This document shows, in pieces, positions 26,620 to 35,414 of a stretch of 35,903 nt of DNA. Origin of the DNA: a virus. Taxonomy: Duplodnaviria; Caudoviricetes. Position numbers and translations under genes: made by a program. A model generated the notes under the pieces. That model did not search any database. It saw nothing but the letters and a program-made list of their open reading frames with translations, and had not been told where the DNA came from. Each line of letters opens with the position of its first letter. Position 1 is the stretch's first letter. The stretch is from the IMG/VR virus record IMGVR_UViG_3300027963_000170, positions 1 through 35,903 of that record; one strand, given 5' to 3'.

Positions 26620-28308
26620 TTAACTCAACCCCATCTGCTTCCGAATCTCAGGGGTGGCGGCGCTTACATCTTTGGCCGCTTTGGCGCCTACTCGGGCGGT
26701 TTCCAGTGCTTGCGCTTGTTGTGCTGCCTGAGCGCGTTGCTCGCGCATAGCATCCCGATCTTCTGCCGAGCGTTCCCAGTCCACGGGTATAGCCAAATTG
26801 CGGCCAATACCTCGACTGGCTTTGTCTAGGTCAAAGTTATCCATTACGTCGGGCTGAATCTGAGCAATCGGAGCAATAATTTGCATCATTTGGATGAACG
26901 AATTATTCTCCGCCGCCTTGATTGCCATTGCCAACTTGGACGTAAGCGTGACCTCGGGCACCGCAAGCGCCTGCGATTTTCCGTCTGGCGATACAACCAT
27001 GACGGATTGCGGCGGTGGGGGAAACTTGCCTGCCCTGAACAAAACCGAAAAGATACGCATGAGTAGCGGATTTGTGACTTCGGTCTGGAGCCGGTAAAAT
27101 GTCGGGCTGAACGCAGTGACTTTCTCGGCCAAACGCTGCTGCACCTCGTAGGCCGTCATCTGACGCTCAATTTGCTGAAGCATCATAAACAAATCGACGT
27201 GGTATGCCTCTCGAATGGCTTGATCCTTGGTCTGAACGCGTTGGCCGAGCGTCCGGTCATCACCAATCGTTCCCCATTCACGTGGCAATGCGTTTGCTGC
27301 GTTAGGATCAAAGGTCGTAATGCCGCCAGCGCGAAGATCCACGTCCCCCTCCATGCCGTCAGGAATCAAAATACGGGGAAATGCCTTAATCTCAGTAAGC
27401 GCATCCCAGTTTTTTTCCAGGCTGTTCACCTGCCGAATAGTAGGCAATGCCTCAATGCTTGGCGAGTAGCCATAAACCGAGTCGCCCCACTTGAGGAATC
27501 GAGACGCAGCCAACGGCGCCTCAAAATAACCATCCTCCTTCACCACCATGCGGTCATCACGACTGACGTAACATGATGCAATTGGGCGATTCACGCCGTC
27601 AACCTTTTGTGGGTCATATGTGCCTTCTTCGCGTGGATAAATGCCGTGGATGAACTTAAACTTTTTATCCATCTGCTGCTCATCCATGCAAGCCTTGCGG
27701 ACAATCGGACCAAGGTTTTGCTCGCCAAACTTTTGTTTGGCCTGCCGGGCAGTAAGCTCAAACTCGCGCATTAGGGTATCAACATTCCCCTCGTGGTCCT
27801 CGGAAATAACAAACGTGCCTACGTCAAATTTGTGAAACGCCAACAAGCGACCCGCCCGTCCTTCTTCGCAAAGAATAGCCGCAGTGCCAAACGCACCGCG
27901 ATCCAATAGCATTTCATGAATCTCTAGGTTCCAATTAGACCGCGACAATTCCCGCATTGTAACGTCAGTGCATTGGCGATACCACGCCTTGGCTACGTCA
28001 TCGGCCTCAAGCTCCACCGACGGCTCAAACGAGAACCATTTTCCGGTAAAAAGATAGTCCATCTGGCCAGACGCCAGGATTTGATTGGCCCGAATTGCCG
28101 TCAGGTTGTAGAGATCGTCAGTGTAGCCATCGACCCCTTCCGTTTTCTTGGTCGTTATCTGGCTTTTGCGCGGCTGAATGTAGTCAGCAATGTGCTGCCA
28201 AAGCGTGTCCCATGTGCCACGGTCGCCTTTCAAGTTGTCGTAGCGACCAATCAGGTGCTCCGCCTTCTCGTCTTTGTCATTCCGGCCGCCGCGTTCTTGG
28301 GTTTCCAT
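26620..28308 (-). CDS. Portal protein (head-tail connector)
   Basis: W..IADYIQP, FGTA, YGYSP..EALP, MTAYEV..R..EK motifs; 562 aa. Confidence 0.95.
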   Translation of the reverse strand: METQERGGRNDKDEKAEHLIGRYDNLKGDRGTWDTLWQHIADYIQPRKSQITTKKTEGVDGYTDDLYNLTAIRANQILASGQMDYLFTGKWFSFEPSVELEADDVAKAWYRQCTDVTMRELSRSNWNLEIHEMLLDRGAFGTAAILCEEGRAGRLLAFHKFDVGTFVISEDHEGNVDTLMREFELTARQAKQKFGEQNLGPIVRKACMDEQQMDKKFKFIHGIYPREEGTYDPQKVDGVNRPIASCYVSRDDRMVVKEDGYFEAPLAASRFLKWGDSVYGYSPSIEALPTIRQVNSLEKNWDALTEIKAFPRILIPDGMEGDVDLRAGGITTFDPNAANALPREWGTIGDDRTLGQRVQTKDQAIREAYHVDLFMMLQQIERQMTAYEVQQRLAEKVTAFSPTFYRLQTEVTNPLLMRIFSVLFRAGKFPPPPQSVMVVSPDGKSQALAVPEVTLTSKLAMAIKAAENNSFIQMMQIIAPIAQIQPDVMDNFDLDKASRGIGRNLAIPVDWERSAEDRDAMREQRAQAAQQAQALETARVGAKAAKDVSAATPEIRKQMGLS

Positions 28309-28313
28309 TGTCT

Positions 28314-28544
28314 TTACGATCCAAGCAGGGTCTTTTTCTCGTCCGCAACGCCACCCGTCTCACCGGCCATGAGCGTAGCCTGCATCCCTTTGCGTTTGGC
28401 CGCAAGTTGACGCTGCTCCAATTCCATCGTTTTTTTCAGCACTGGCGATTCAGTGACCGGCGGAATTGCAGGCGGCACAGGAGGTGGTTTGGCTCCCTTG
28501 AAAAAACTGCGGTCACGAGGATAATACGGATGAGTGAAGTTCAT
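28314..28544 (-). CDS. Small pre-portal virion protein
   Basis: Pro-rich N-terminus, RKG..ATL, C-terminal KKTLLG; typical of the gene before podovirus portals. Confidence 0.72.
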   Translation of the reverse strand: MNFTHPYYPRDRSFFKGAKPPPVPPAIPPVTESPVLKKTMELEQRQLAAKRKGMQATLMAGETGGVADEKKTLLGS

Positions 28545-28927
28545 GGTTTGGTAGGTAAAAGGTTTCCAGATAATCGACGCATAGACGCCAGCCGATGAAA
28601 ACGCAAGACGTTGTTACGCTCATATGAAATTGTTGGCAAATCCCAAGGCAACATTCCCCACGCTCTCGCTACATTGCCGGCCATCAAATAAACGTGCCAG
28701 CAATCACATTGACCCGACGGAAAACGATACAACCCCGTTATCAATTCCTGCCTGTCCCATGACCTTACCGGCCTGCCCATGACAAAAAAATCAGGGCGAG
28801 AAAAAACAAACCCGTTTTCCAAGTGCCATTTCAAATCCTCCTCAAACGTTCGCGCACACTCCTCTTTTTGATAAACCAACCTGGCCATCATCAATGGACT
28901 CATTTGGCACAGGGTATGGGTGTTCAT
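28541..28927 (-). CDS. Hypothetical protein (possibly a degenerate GNAT fold)
   Basis: ATGA-coupled on both sides; GFVFS...FVMGRP...CWHVYLMAG. Confidence 0.65.
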   Translation of the reverse strand: MNTHTLCQMSPLMMARLVYQKEECARTFEEDLKWHLENGFVFSRPDFFVMGRPVRSWDRQELITGLYRFPSGQCDCWHVYLMAGNVARAWGMLPWDLPTISYERNNVLRFHRLASMRRLSGNLLPTKP

Positions 28928-30543
28928 CGTATGACCCTAGGTTTTCTCCAGCTTGCCAACCCAGTCAAGCTCTGCGGGCGCCTTTGCATCTGCGCTTTTG
29001 GCCGCACCGGCATGGCCGAGCGATCCACGCACAACCCTAGCCGAATTACCTGATGTGTGTAGCCAAACGCCGTCGAGGCATGAGACGCCCAATCATGGAC
29101 CGGCACGTTTTTAACCGTCCCAGTGTCCCCTCCTTCTTCCTTTGCCCTATAAGCCTCAAGTGAGTTAATCCCCCACTCGCACCCCTTCGCATGAAGGAAA
29201 CAGCGGGAAAACGAGGTCAGCGCGTCGTTAATGTTATCCCAGACATCCGTCGGCCTCGGCAAACACACCACCCCACGTAATTCCGACTCCCGCAACAACC
29301 GCGCCCACAAAGTTTCCCCATCATGCGGCAGAAAATGCCCGCCATACGTGTAGGCCGTTTTTGCTTTTAACCTGCGCGCCCAATCTCCGGGCGTGTTGCA
29401 ATCATCCCCACCCCTCAAACACTCCAAGTAATTGATTCGATCCCCAATAATCTGCCAGAGCCAGCAAATCGTGTTGGTCGGCGCGCCAATGTCGAAAGTC
29501 GAGTAAACCGGAAACCCCTCGTAGTGCATCACGTTTGGCCCAATCCGACCAGCCAATCGCGCCTTGTCCACCTCCGGCCCATAAATCGCTCCCACAATCG
29601 GCGTCATCCAACTCTCTTCCAAGGTCGTCGGAAACTCCGCGTAAATCTTTCGCCCCAACTCCCTCCGCTTTTTGTAGTAAAATAGCCTCTGCCCATCCGT
29701 AAACCGAAAGTCCATCCCTCCTTTCATCTGAATCTCCAGTTCCTTACCCGCCAAATACTCCCTCACCTCCCTATCCACTTGCTCCACATTCCCATTTTCC
29801 GTGTAGCGCGGTTCCATATACCACGGAAAAAACATCACTCGAAAATCCTTCGATGTCCGATGCTCCTCCGGCGTCTCCAGACTCCGTTTCAGCAACTCAT
29901 ACCAATCCCCTCCCTTCCCTCCTTCGTGCGTCGATTCCGCAAAAATCAATGCCTTGTCACCAGACGCAGCCTGCAAAACACCCGTCACAATCTCCGCCGA
30001 CCTAATCGGATCCCTATGCGCTATCGGCCCCCACTCCGAAATATGCACCACCTGCGGCGTTCTACCACGCGCTTTCATCCCCGCACTAATGCTGGACCCA
30101 TTCTCAAACTCAATCGCCCCCTTGTTTGAAATCAGCATCTTGTCCTGCAACTCCTTTGGCAGTCTCTCCCACGCAAACTTGATCTTTGCCAACTTCGCCT
30201 GCGCATCGTCCACACTCTTGTCGATAATCACCCCACGCAGACTGCTCCCCTTTTGACAAAAATGGACCGTATCAAACTGAATCAGGGCTATCAGGGTGGA
30301 AAAACCTAGCTGTCTGGCCTTGGGAATCGCTATGCGCTTTACCCCATCCACAAAAACAGCGTGCAGCACCTCGCACTGCGCACGGTTCGGGACAAACTTC
30401 ACTGCCTTTCCGTCCGCATCCTCAATGCTGTAAAGATTGCAAATCCGAATCAATGGGTCCCCCAAACGCGCAAGAACCTCCCCATCGCTCAAACCTTCCG
30501 GCAGCACGTAGTCGCTAGGGTCTATTCGTTGACCAATTTTCAT
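28924..30543 (-). CDS. terL: Terminase large subunit
   Basis: Q motif PNRAQ, Walker A IPKARQLGFST, Walker B VVHISE, AEST, FFPW, nuclease motifs FDIG, LPHD and PVHDWASH. Confidence 0.95.
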   Translation of the reverse strand: MKIGQRIDPSDYVLPEGLSDGEVLARLGDPLIRICNLYSIEDADGKAVKFVPNRAQCEVLHAVFVDGVKRIAIPKARQLGFSTLIALIQFDTVHFCQKGSSLRGVIIDKSVDDAQAKLAKIKFAWERLPKELQDKMLISNKGAIEFENGSSISAGMKARGRTPQVVHISEWGPIAHRDPIRSAEIVTGVLQAASGDKALIFAESTHEGGKGGDWYELLKRSLETPEEHRTSKDFRVMFFPWYMEPRYTENGNVEQVDREVREYLAGKELEIQMKGGMDFRFTDGQRLFYYKKRRELGRKIYAEFPTTLEESWMTPIVGAIYGPEVDKARLAGRIGPNVMHYEGFPVYSTFDIGAPTNTICWLWQIIGDRINYLECLRGGDDCNTPGDWARRLKAKTAYTYGGHFLPHDGETLWARLLRESELRGVVCLPRPTDVWDNINDALTSFSRCFLHAKGCEWGINSLEAYRAKEEGGDTGTVKNVPVHDWASHASTAFGYTHQVIRLGLCVDRSAMPVRPKAQMQRRPQSLTGLASWRKPRVIR

Positions 30544-30731
30544 GGCGTAAAGTGTATGCCTATTTCAATCCGGCTGTAAACCCCCGACCTCCCTGCCACC
30601 GATTTGCCCCCCACCCCCACCCCCGACCCCCTTTCCGGCGCGCAAGGCCCCCACCCCCACCCCACCCGGCACGGCACGCACGCGGCACGCGCTGGGCACC
30701 TGCGCACGGTCGGCACGCCCGCACGGCTCAT
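30540..30731 (-). other. terS-terL spacer: two G-quadruplex-competent tracts, a GCACG array and a 63-codon bridging ORF
   Basis: C-run clusters at 30607-30631 and 30648-30667 on +; 8 GCAC copies in 30669-30724; ATGA overlaps with both the terS stop and the terL start. Confidence 0.6.
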
Positions 30732-31249
30732 GCCTCCCCCTCGGCTTCATCCAACTCTACGGCTTCACTTGCGACCGCGCTGGACTCGATTGCATGCCGG
30801 GCACCCTCAGCGGCAGCTAGCTCAATGACTGGCCGAGCAGCGCGTATGCGATCCAGTAGCGACCCCTCGACACTCACCCGCACCTCAGTGGGCTTGTCGA
30901 AGCCCAGCATTCGCGACGCCTGCGCGATTGCTGCGATCACATCCCGAGACGTTGCCTCACTGTCCGCCCCCTCCCGGTCGATGATACGCAGGAGACCGCG
31001 CACCAGGTCCGCCCGCGTGACCGCATTGACCCGAGCTTGCGCCGCCTGCCCCGCTTCCAGTGCAGCCTGCACCACCGGACGCCGCTTTAGCTCCGCCGCT
31101 TTGATGCGCAGATGCTCGATGCAGCCACTTTGCGAGTAGCCGGCCGCAAGGTAGGCGACAGACGGCGACTTGCCCTCAAGGAGCCCGCTCACGAACTCCC
31201 GCTGACGTGCAGTTAGTAGATTTCTTGGTGCCTTTGTTGCCATTACCAT
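30728..31249 (-). CDS. terS: Terminase small subunit
   Basis: LTARQREFV......S...AY.AAGYS HTH-type N-terminus; ...ASRMLGFD; directly upstream of terL. Confidence 0.88.
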   Translation of the reverse strand: MVMATKAPRNLLTARQREFVSGLLEGKSPSVAYLAAGYSQSGCIEHLRIKAAELKRRPVVQAALEAGQAAQARVNAVTRADLVRGLLRIIDREGADSEATSRDVIAAIAQASRMLGFDKPTEVRVSVEGSLLDRIRAARPVIELAAAEGARHAIESSAVASEAVELDEAEGEA

Positions 31250-31462
31250 GTTGTAAACTGCCCGACCCTCCCCGCTTAACTAGCCCCGCGCAAGCCCAAA
31301 GCGCACGCCGCGCTCCCCTGACCGCACGCGCACGCGATCAGCTCCGAAGCGCACGCACGTTAGCGCAGACCCTCCCGGCCCGACCGACCGACCGAGAGGG
31401 CGAGCGATTCCAGCAGACTCCGATACGCGGTCCGCCTTCGCTATTGCGCGCTAGCTGCCAGC

Positions 31463-31492
31463 AAGGTGGAGGCGCCGCCGGCTCGGTGTCAA
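31463..31492 (-). promoter_or_regulatory. Candidate promoter upstream of terS
   Basis: TTGACA at 31492-31487, 18-bp spacer, CACCTT; shares CTTGACACCG with the site at 32030. Confidence 0.4.
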
Positions 31493-32001
31493 GCTTGGAC
31501 CTTTTCGCACCAGCTTGCCCCACTTGGTTTCCCCGCACCCCTTCCGGTCGGACCCGATCCCAAACCTTTTCAATCCTTTCCCTCTCCAATCCCTTCCGCT
31601 CCAACTCTCCCCGCTTCCGTTGCCCCTTGGTTCCCCGGTTTGCTCTCTCTGTTCCCCCGCTCAGTCCCTCGCCGGGTCTTCGCTGGACTTACTTTGGAAA
31701 GACGATGAGCCGGAGCAAAGCCCCCCCTTCCCCCAGCGTGCAGCAGGAGGAGGGAGAGGACTTGCGTCTGGACAGACTTGGAAAGCCGTGTCGCCGTCGC
31801 ATGAGCTGGCAGGATTCGCGCTCGGTATGCCCCAACTTTGGCGCTACTTTATCACCCCACCAGAGAGGAGGAGGCCCCAGCCTTCCCCCAGCATTTACGA
31901 GCGCCAGCCGGTTAGTTGACCGAGGGCGCCCACCGATTGAAAAGGAACACGGCGAGGATAAACCCCCACCGGCCGGCAGAGAATTCCCCACCGACACGCA
32001 C

Positions 32002-32030
32002 ACCCTGAACAGCTCCGACGCCGGTGTCAA
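32002..32030 (-). promoter_or_regulatory. Candidate leftward promoter
   Basis: TTGACA, 17-bp spacer, CAGGGT, with an AT-rich UP-like tract upstream. Confidence 0.5.
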
Positions 32031-32147
32031 GCACGCCAAAAATAAATGCATTAAGCCCTCTTTTTGCGTATCCAAAAAAGAATTTTTGACCCCTACTTTT
32101 CAGAGGTAAAACCCCGTATCCAAACCATAACGCATGCAAAAAAGAGC

Positions 32148-32176
32148 TTGCACACACTCCCCTGTTTTGCTTTGGT
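32148..32176 (+). promoter_or_regulatory. Candidate rightward early promoter
   Basis: TTGCAC, 17-bp spacer, TGc-TTTGGT; A-tract upstream; hairpin CGGGCC-aattcc-GGCCCG (32185-32202) just downstream. Confidence 0.45.
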
Positions 32177-32221
32177 GTCGATGTCGGGCCAATTCCGGCC
32201 CGCCACCCACCACACCACCAC

Positions 32222-32455
32222 ATGACCACCACCACCACCACTGCCCAGAACGAATACACCGAGGCCGGCTTTGAAAACCGCCGCGCCTACTTGACCGACT
32301 TGGCCGAGCAATACGGCTTAGATACCTATATCGTTTTTTCAATGGCCTCGATCCTTGGCCGCTCCGAGGACTTCGACGGACTTATTTCCGCGCTGGAGGA
32401 CGAAGCCGACTGCCTAGCCTGCACCGAAGACCTTACCATTGAGGAAGCCGCCTGA
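32222..32455 (+). CDS. Small acidic early protein
   Basis: Y.E.GFENRRAYL..LAE.YG...A..LG..EDFDGL..ALED; first gene of the early block. Confidence 0.78.
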   Translation: MTTTTTTAQNEYTEAGFENRRAYLTDLAEQYGLDTYIVFSMASILGRSEDFDGLISALEDEADCLACTEDLTIEEAA

Positions 32456-32513
32456 CCAACCAACTCCAACCCGCCGGGGCGCTTCAAACGCTCCGGCTCC
32501 TTCCCCCCCCACC

Positions 32514-33032
32514 ATGACCACCACCGACACCACGCCCCGCCTTTACGTGGGCACCTACGCCAAATACGCCGCCGGCTCAATCGCCGGCGCTTGGCTCGAC
32601 ATGGAAGCCTACCACGACCGCGACGACTTTCTGGAGGCTTGCCGCGCCCTGCACTCGGACGAGTCCGACCCCGAACTAATGTTTCAGGATGTCGAGGGCA
32701 TCCCCTCGCCTTGGTATAACGAGAGCGAAGCACCCCCCGCCGAGCTTTGGGAATGGCTTGCGCTCAGCACCGACGAGCGCGAGGCATTTGCCCTTTGGGC
32801 GGATTACTACGGCGAAGGTCCAACCGTTGACCAATTCCGCGAGCGCTACGTCGGCACGGCAGACAGTGAAGCCGACTTCGCCGAGAATCTAGCCAACCAA
32901 TGGGGTGACATCACTGCCGACCTCCCATCATGGCTCTGCATTGACTGGCAGAGGACTTGGGATTCATGGTTTTTTTACGACTATTATAGCGTCCGCGCCT
33001 CCGACGGCACGCTCCACTTTTTCCGTCGTTAA
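32514..33032 (+). CDS. ardA: ArdA antirestriction (DNA mimic) protein
   Basis: PRLYVGTYAKY..GSI.G.WLD, DPELMFQD.E.IP, acidic composition, C-terminal IDW..TW...YDY...HFFR; best ATG at 32514. Confidence 0.92.
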   Translation: MTTTDTTPRLYVGTYAKYAAGSIAGAWLDMEAYHDRDDFLEACRALHSDESDPELMFQDVEGIPSPWYNESEAPPAELWEWLALSTDEREAFALWADYYGEGPTVDQFRERYVGTADSEADFAENLANQWGDITADLPSWLCIDWQRTWDSWFFYDYYSVRASDGTLHFFRR

Positions 33033-33044
33033 TCCCCCACCACC

Positions 33045-33434
33045 ATGCAGACCGAACTCTCTATTGCTGCCGAAATCTTTAACCTTTTCGCGCCGGTCCC
33101 CGCGCCCACGCCCGAGCCGGCCCCCGAGCCGCTCCCCGACTTTACCGAGCCGTCCCCTGTGCTCGATCCAACCCCGCTTCCCGGCGAGATATGGCAGCAC
33201 CCACCCAGCGCCACCATTGCTTTCCTTGACCACGACCCCCGCGACTGCTTGCCCTGGCGCTTTTCCCTCAGGAGCACCAACACGGGTAAACTTGTCGCCC
33301 AAGGCTACCACCATACACGCGACGCGGCCGACGCCGCCGCCTTGACCACCGCTCGCGCACTCGCCGACCAGCACCACGACGAGCGCACCGAGGCCCGCGC
33401 CTTTCCCGCCACCCGCACCAACTTCCACGATTAA
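33045..33434 (+). CDS. Hypothetical early protein with a Pro-rich linker
   Basis: CCACC-ATG start shared with neighbouring genes; WRFSLRSTNTGKLVAQGY hairpin. Confidence 0.7.
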   Translation: MQTELSIAAEIFNLFAPVPAPTPEPAPEPLPDFTEPSPVLDPTPLPGEIWQHPPSATIAFLDHDPRDCLPWRFSLRSTNTGKLVAQGYHHTRDAADAAALTTARALADQHHDERTEARAFPATRTNFHD

Positions 33435-33460
33435 ACCACCCACCGGCCCCTTTCCCTCCC

Positions 33461-33673
33461 ATGACCACCACCACACCCAGCACCAACCGCGATCTTCTTG
33501 CCCGCATATGGTGTGACCTGCGTTGCGTCCATTTATCTAACGACGGCGCCGACTCCCAGCGCATGACCAACGCGCCCGACCGCTTTCTCACTAACGCCGC
33601 CAAGCCTTACGCGAGCAACGCCATTAACTGGCGCGCCTACGGCCGCCAGTATTTCACCCGCACCACCGCTTAA
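33461..33673 (+). CDS. Small hypothetical early protein
   Basis: MTTTT start; C-ending codon bias like neighbouring genes. Confidence 0.6.
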   Translation: MTTTTPSTNRDLLARIWCDLRCVHLSNDGADSQRMTNAPDRFLTNAAKPYASNAINWRAYGRQYFTRTTA

Positions 33674-33684
33674 CTTTTCCCGCC

Positions 33685-33828
33685 ATGCACCCAACCACCC
33701 GCCAGACCATCAACCAAATCCTGCACGCCCGCGCCCAGGCCCAAGCCGCCCGCGCCGCCGCCCAGCACCAGCGTCACGCCCGCGCCGTGCGCAGCCTCAC
33801 CCGCGCCGGCGTCATTGCCCGCGCCTAA
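33685..33828 (+). CDS. Small Ala/Arg-rich helical peptide (47 aa, not in the ORF track)
   Basis: MHPTTRQTINQILHARAQAQAARAAAQHQRHARAVRSLTRAGVIARA; fills the gap between neighbouring genes. Confidence 0.55.
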   Translation: MHPTTRQTINQILHARAQAQAARAAAQHQRHARAVRSLTRAGVIARA

Positions 33829-33850
33829 CCCCCTCCCCCTTTTTCTTCCC

Positions 33851-34165
33851 ATGAACCACACGACAACAGCCAGCGCTCCAACAGCCAGCCACACGCCAGG
33901 CCCTTGGTTTGTCCACACCACGCCCCACGGCGTCCGACACATTCTAGACACCAAGTGCCCCACGCTTGCCACCGCCCCGATAACGACCTTTAACGGTACG
34001 GCATATTGGAGCCTCGCAGAAACCACAGCCAACGCCCGCCTTATCGCCGCCGCGCCCGCCATGCTCGCCGCGCTGCGCGCCCTAGTCCACCCAATAGCCA
34101 GCGACGAGGACGTTGACCACGCCCGCGCCGTGATCGCGGCAGCAACAGCCAGCGCCCAAACCTGA
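33851..34165 (+). CDS. Phage early protein of the HTPGPW...ANARLIAAAP type
   Basis: HTPGPW and ANARLIAAAP.ML.AL motifs; ATG at 33851. Confidence 0.82.
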   Translation: MNHTTTASAPTASHTPGPWFVHTTPHGVRHILDTKCPTLATAPITTFNGTAYWSLAETTANARLIAAAPAMLAALRALVHPIASDEDVDHARAVIAAATASAQT

Positions 34166-34177
34166 CTTATTTTTCAG

Positions 34178-34390
34178 ATGACCACACCAACCAACACCAT
34201 TACAGTTCTTTTACAGATTGCCTCCCCTGATGGGGAATCAGTCTTTTTCTACAGCAACGCCCGCGACGGCGCACCGCCAGACGCACCCGGCCCACGGCAG
34301 TTTGCCAGCTTAATAGCTGAGCTTGAACAGGCACTTACTGCAGCACACAAGAAACTATGCCCCTTGCCCGACGACCATGACCGCAACTAA
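34178..34390 (+). CDS. Small hypothetical protein
   Basis: MTT start; 70 aa within the operon. Confidence 0.55.
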   Translation: MTTPTNTITVLLQIASPDGESVFFYSNARDGAPPDAPGPRQFASLIAELEQALTAAHKKLCPLPDDHDRN

Positions 34391-34628
34391 GCATCACCTA
34401 CAGCACGGAGAACAGCCACGCGTGCGCCTTGCCAACGGCCCCACCGTTGACAGCAACACCGCGCAACTGTTCACCCTTTGGACCTCACGCGGCCCCAGCA
34501 TCGGACAAGTGATCGACCGTCTCACAAGCCACGCCCTGGCGTCCGGCTTTTGCCCCGTCACCTGCACAATAATCCCCCGCCACCCCGTTTTTGCTAGCAA
34601 CTTAACCAAACAACAGCCAGCGACATGA
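34377..34628 (+). CDS. Small protein, possible ribbon-helix-helix
   Basis: PRVRL...TV..NT..LF..W...G.SIGQVIDRL; ATGA-coupled to the SSB-like gene. Confidence 0.55.
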   Translation: MTATKHHLQHGEQPRVRLANGPTVDSNTAQLFTLWTSRGPSIGQVIDRLTSHALASGFCPVTCTIIPRHPVFASNLTKQQPAT

Positions 34629-35377
34629 GTAAAATTATTACTATCACCGAGCTATTATCTATGCCCCCCGGAGGCTCAGGCTCACCAGCCTACGTCAACG
34701 GAGAATTTGAAGCCGTCGTCGCCGACGCCAAAACCGTCCAAACCAAGACCGGGAAAACTATGTATAAGGCGAAACTCGCCGATCCACAAAACCCCAGCGT
34801 CACAATTGGCGCAACGGCATGGGGAACGGACTTCACCAGCAAGGCCGGCAAGGTTGTCCATTTTTCTGGTAAAGGAATGACACTCACCAGTTACAAAGAC
34901 ACAAACGAACTGACCATAGGCGACAAAGCCAACGTGCGCGTTGTTGGTTCCCACGCCCCAGCCGCCGCCCCAGCTACAGCAACAACAGCCAGCGTCCCGA
35001 CGGGCGCACGCCCCGCTACGCTCGGCGTGATCCACGGCGCAACCGTTGGCATGGCGATCAATCAGGCTATGGCCGCATTGCTGTCCAGCTACGCAGGCGC
35101 AGACATCAGCATGGTCCCCTCGTTTACCCGCGACCTTTACACGCTCGCCAGCGACATTATCCGCGTGAGCTTGCATCTGGAGCAAGGCAACCTTGCCCCC
35201 TCCCCCAAGGACCGAGCCAAAGCCAACAGCCAGAACGCCGACATTGACGAGACAGCGCCCGAACAAGTTCCTCCGCCTGCACCACCCCCACCACCTGCTC
35301 CACCTAGACGCGTTCCGCCAGCGTCCGACGGATTTAACGTAGCCATCCCACCCGACGGCGAAGACGTGCCGTTTTGA
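34625..35377 (+). CDS. Single-stranded DNA-binding protein-like (OB fold, helical domain, acidic tail)
   Basis: OB-fold-like N-terminus (KTVQTKTGKTMYKAKLAD...ATAWG), Pro-rich linker, C-terminal DGEDVPF typical of SSB tails; next to the exonuclease. Confidence 0.7.
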   Translation: MSKIITITELLSMPPGGSGSPAYVNGEFEAVVADAKTVQTKTGKTMYKAKLADPQNPSVTIGATAWGTDFTSKAGKVVHFSGKGMTLTSYKDTNELTIGDKANVRVVGSHAPAAAPATATTASVPTGARPATLGVIHGATVGMAINQAMAALLSSYAGADISMVPSFTRDLYTLASDIIRVSLHLEQGNLAPSPKDRAKANSQNADIDETAPEQVPPPAPPPPPAPPRRVPPASDGFNVAIPPDGEDVPF

Positions 35378-35414
35378 TTTACCCGCCACCTAACCGCTGA
35401 CACCACCACCTATT

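Noticed and set aside
29060-29110. TerL C-terminal motif SHASTAF lacks the Asp usually seen in SHxADAF, suggesting a dead nuclease
   Set aside because: Other acidic residues (FDIG, PHD, VHDW) remain and the alignment by eye is not reliable enough to call inactivation.
9283-30543. Many + strand ORFs of 60-195 aa antisense to structural genes
   Set aside because: Shadow ORFs of long GC-rich genes, without motifs or start signals.
31207-32109. 300-aa + strand ORF and overlapping 80-134 aa ORFs
   Set aside because: Low-complexity Pro/Arg/Ser translations, no motifs, weak starts; explained by GC-rich skewed DNA with few stop codons.
32473-32497. Hairpin with a TTCAAA loop resembling a tRNA T-arm
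   Set aside because: No acceptor, D or anticodon arms around it; treated as an intergenic stem-loop.
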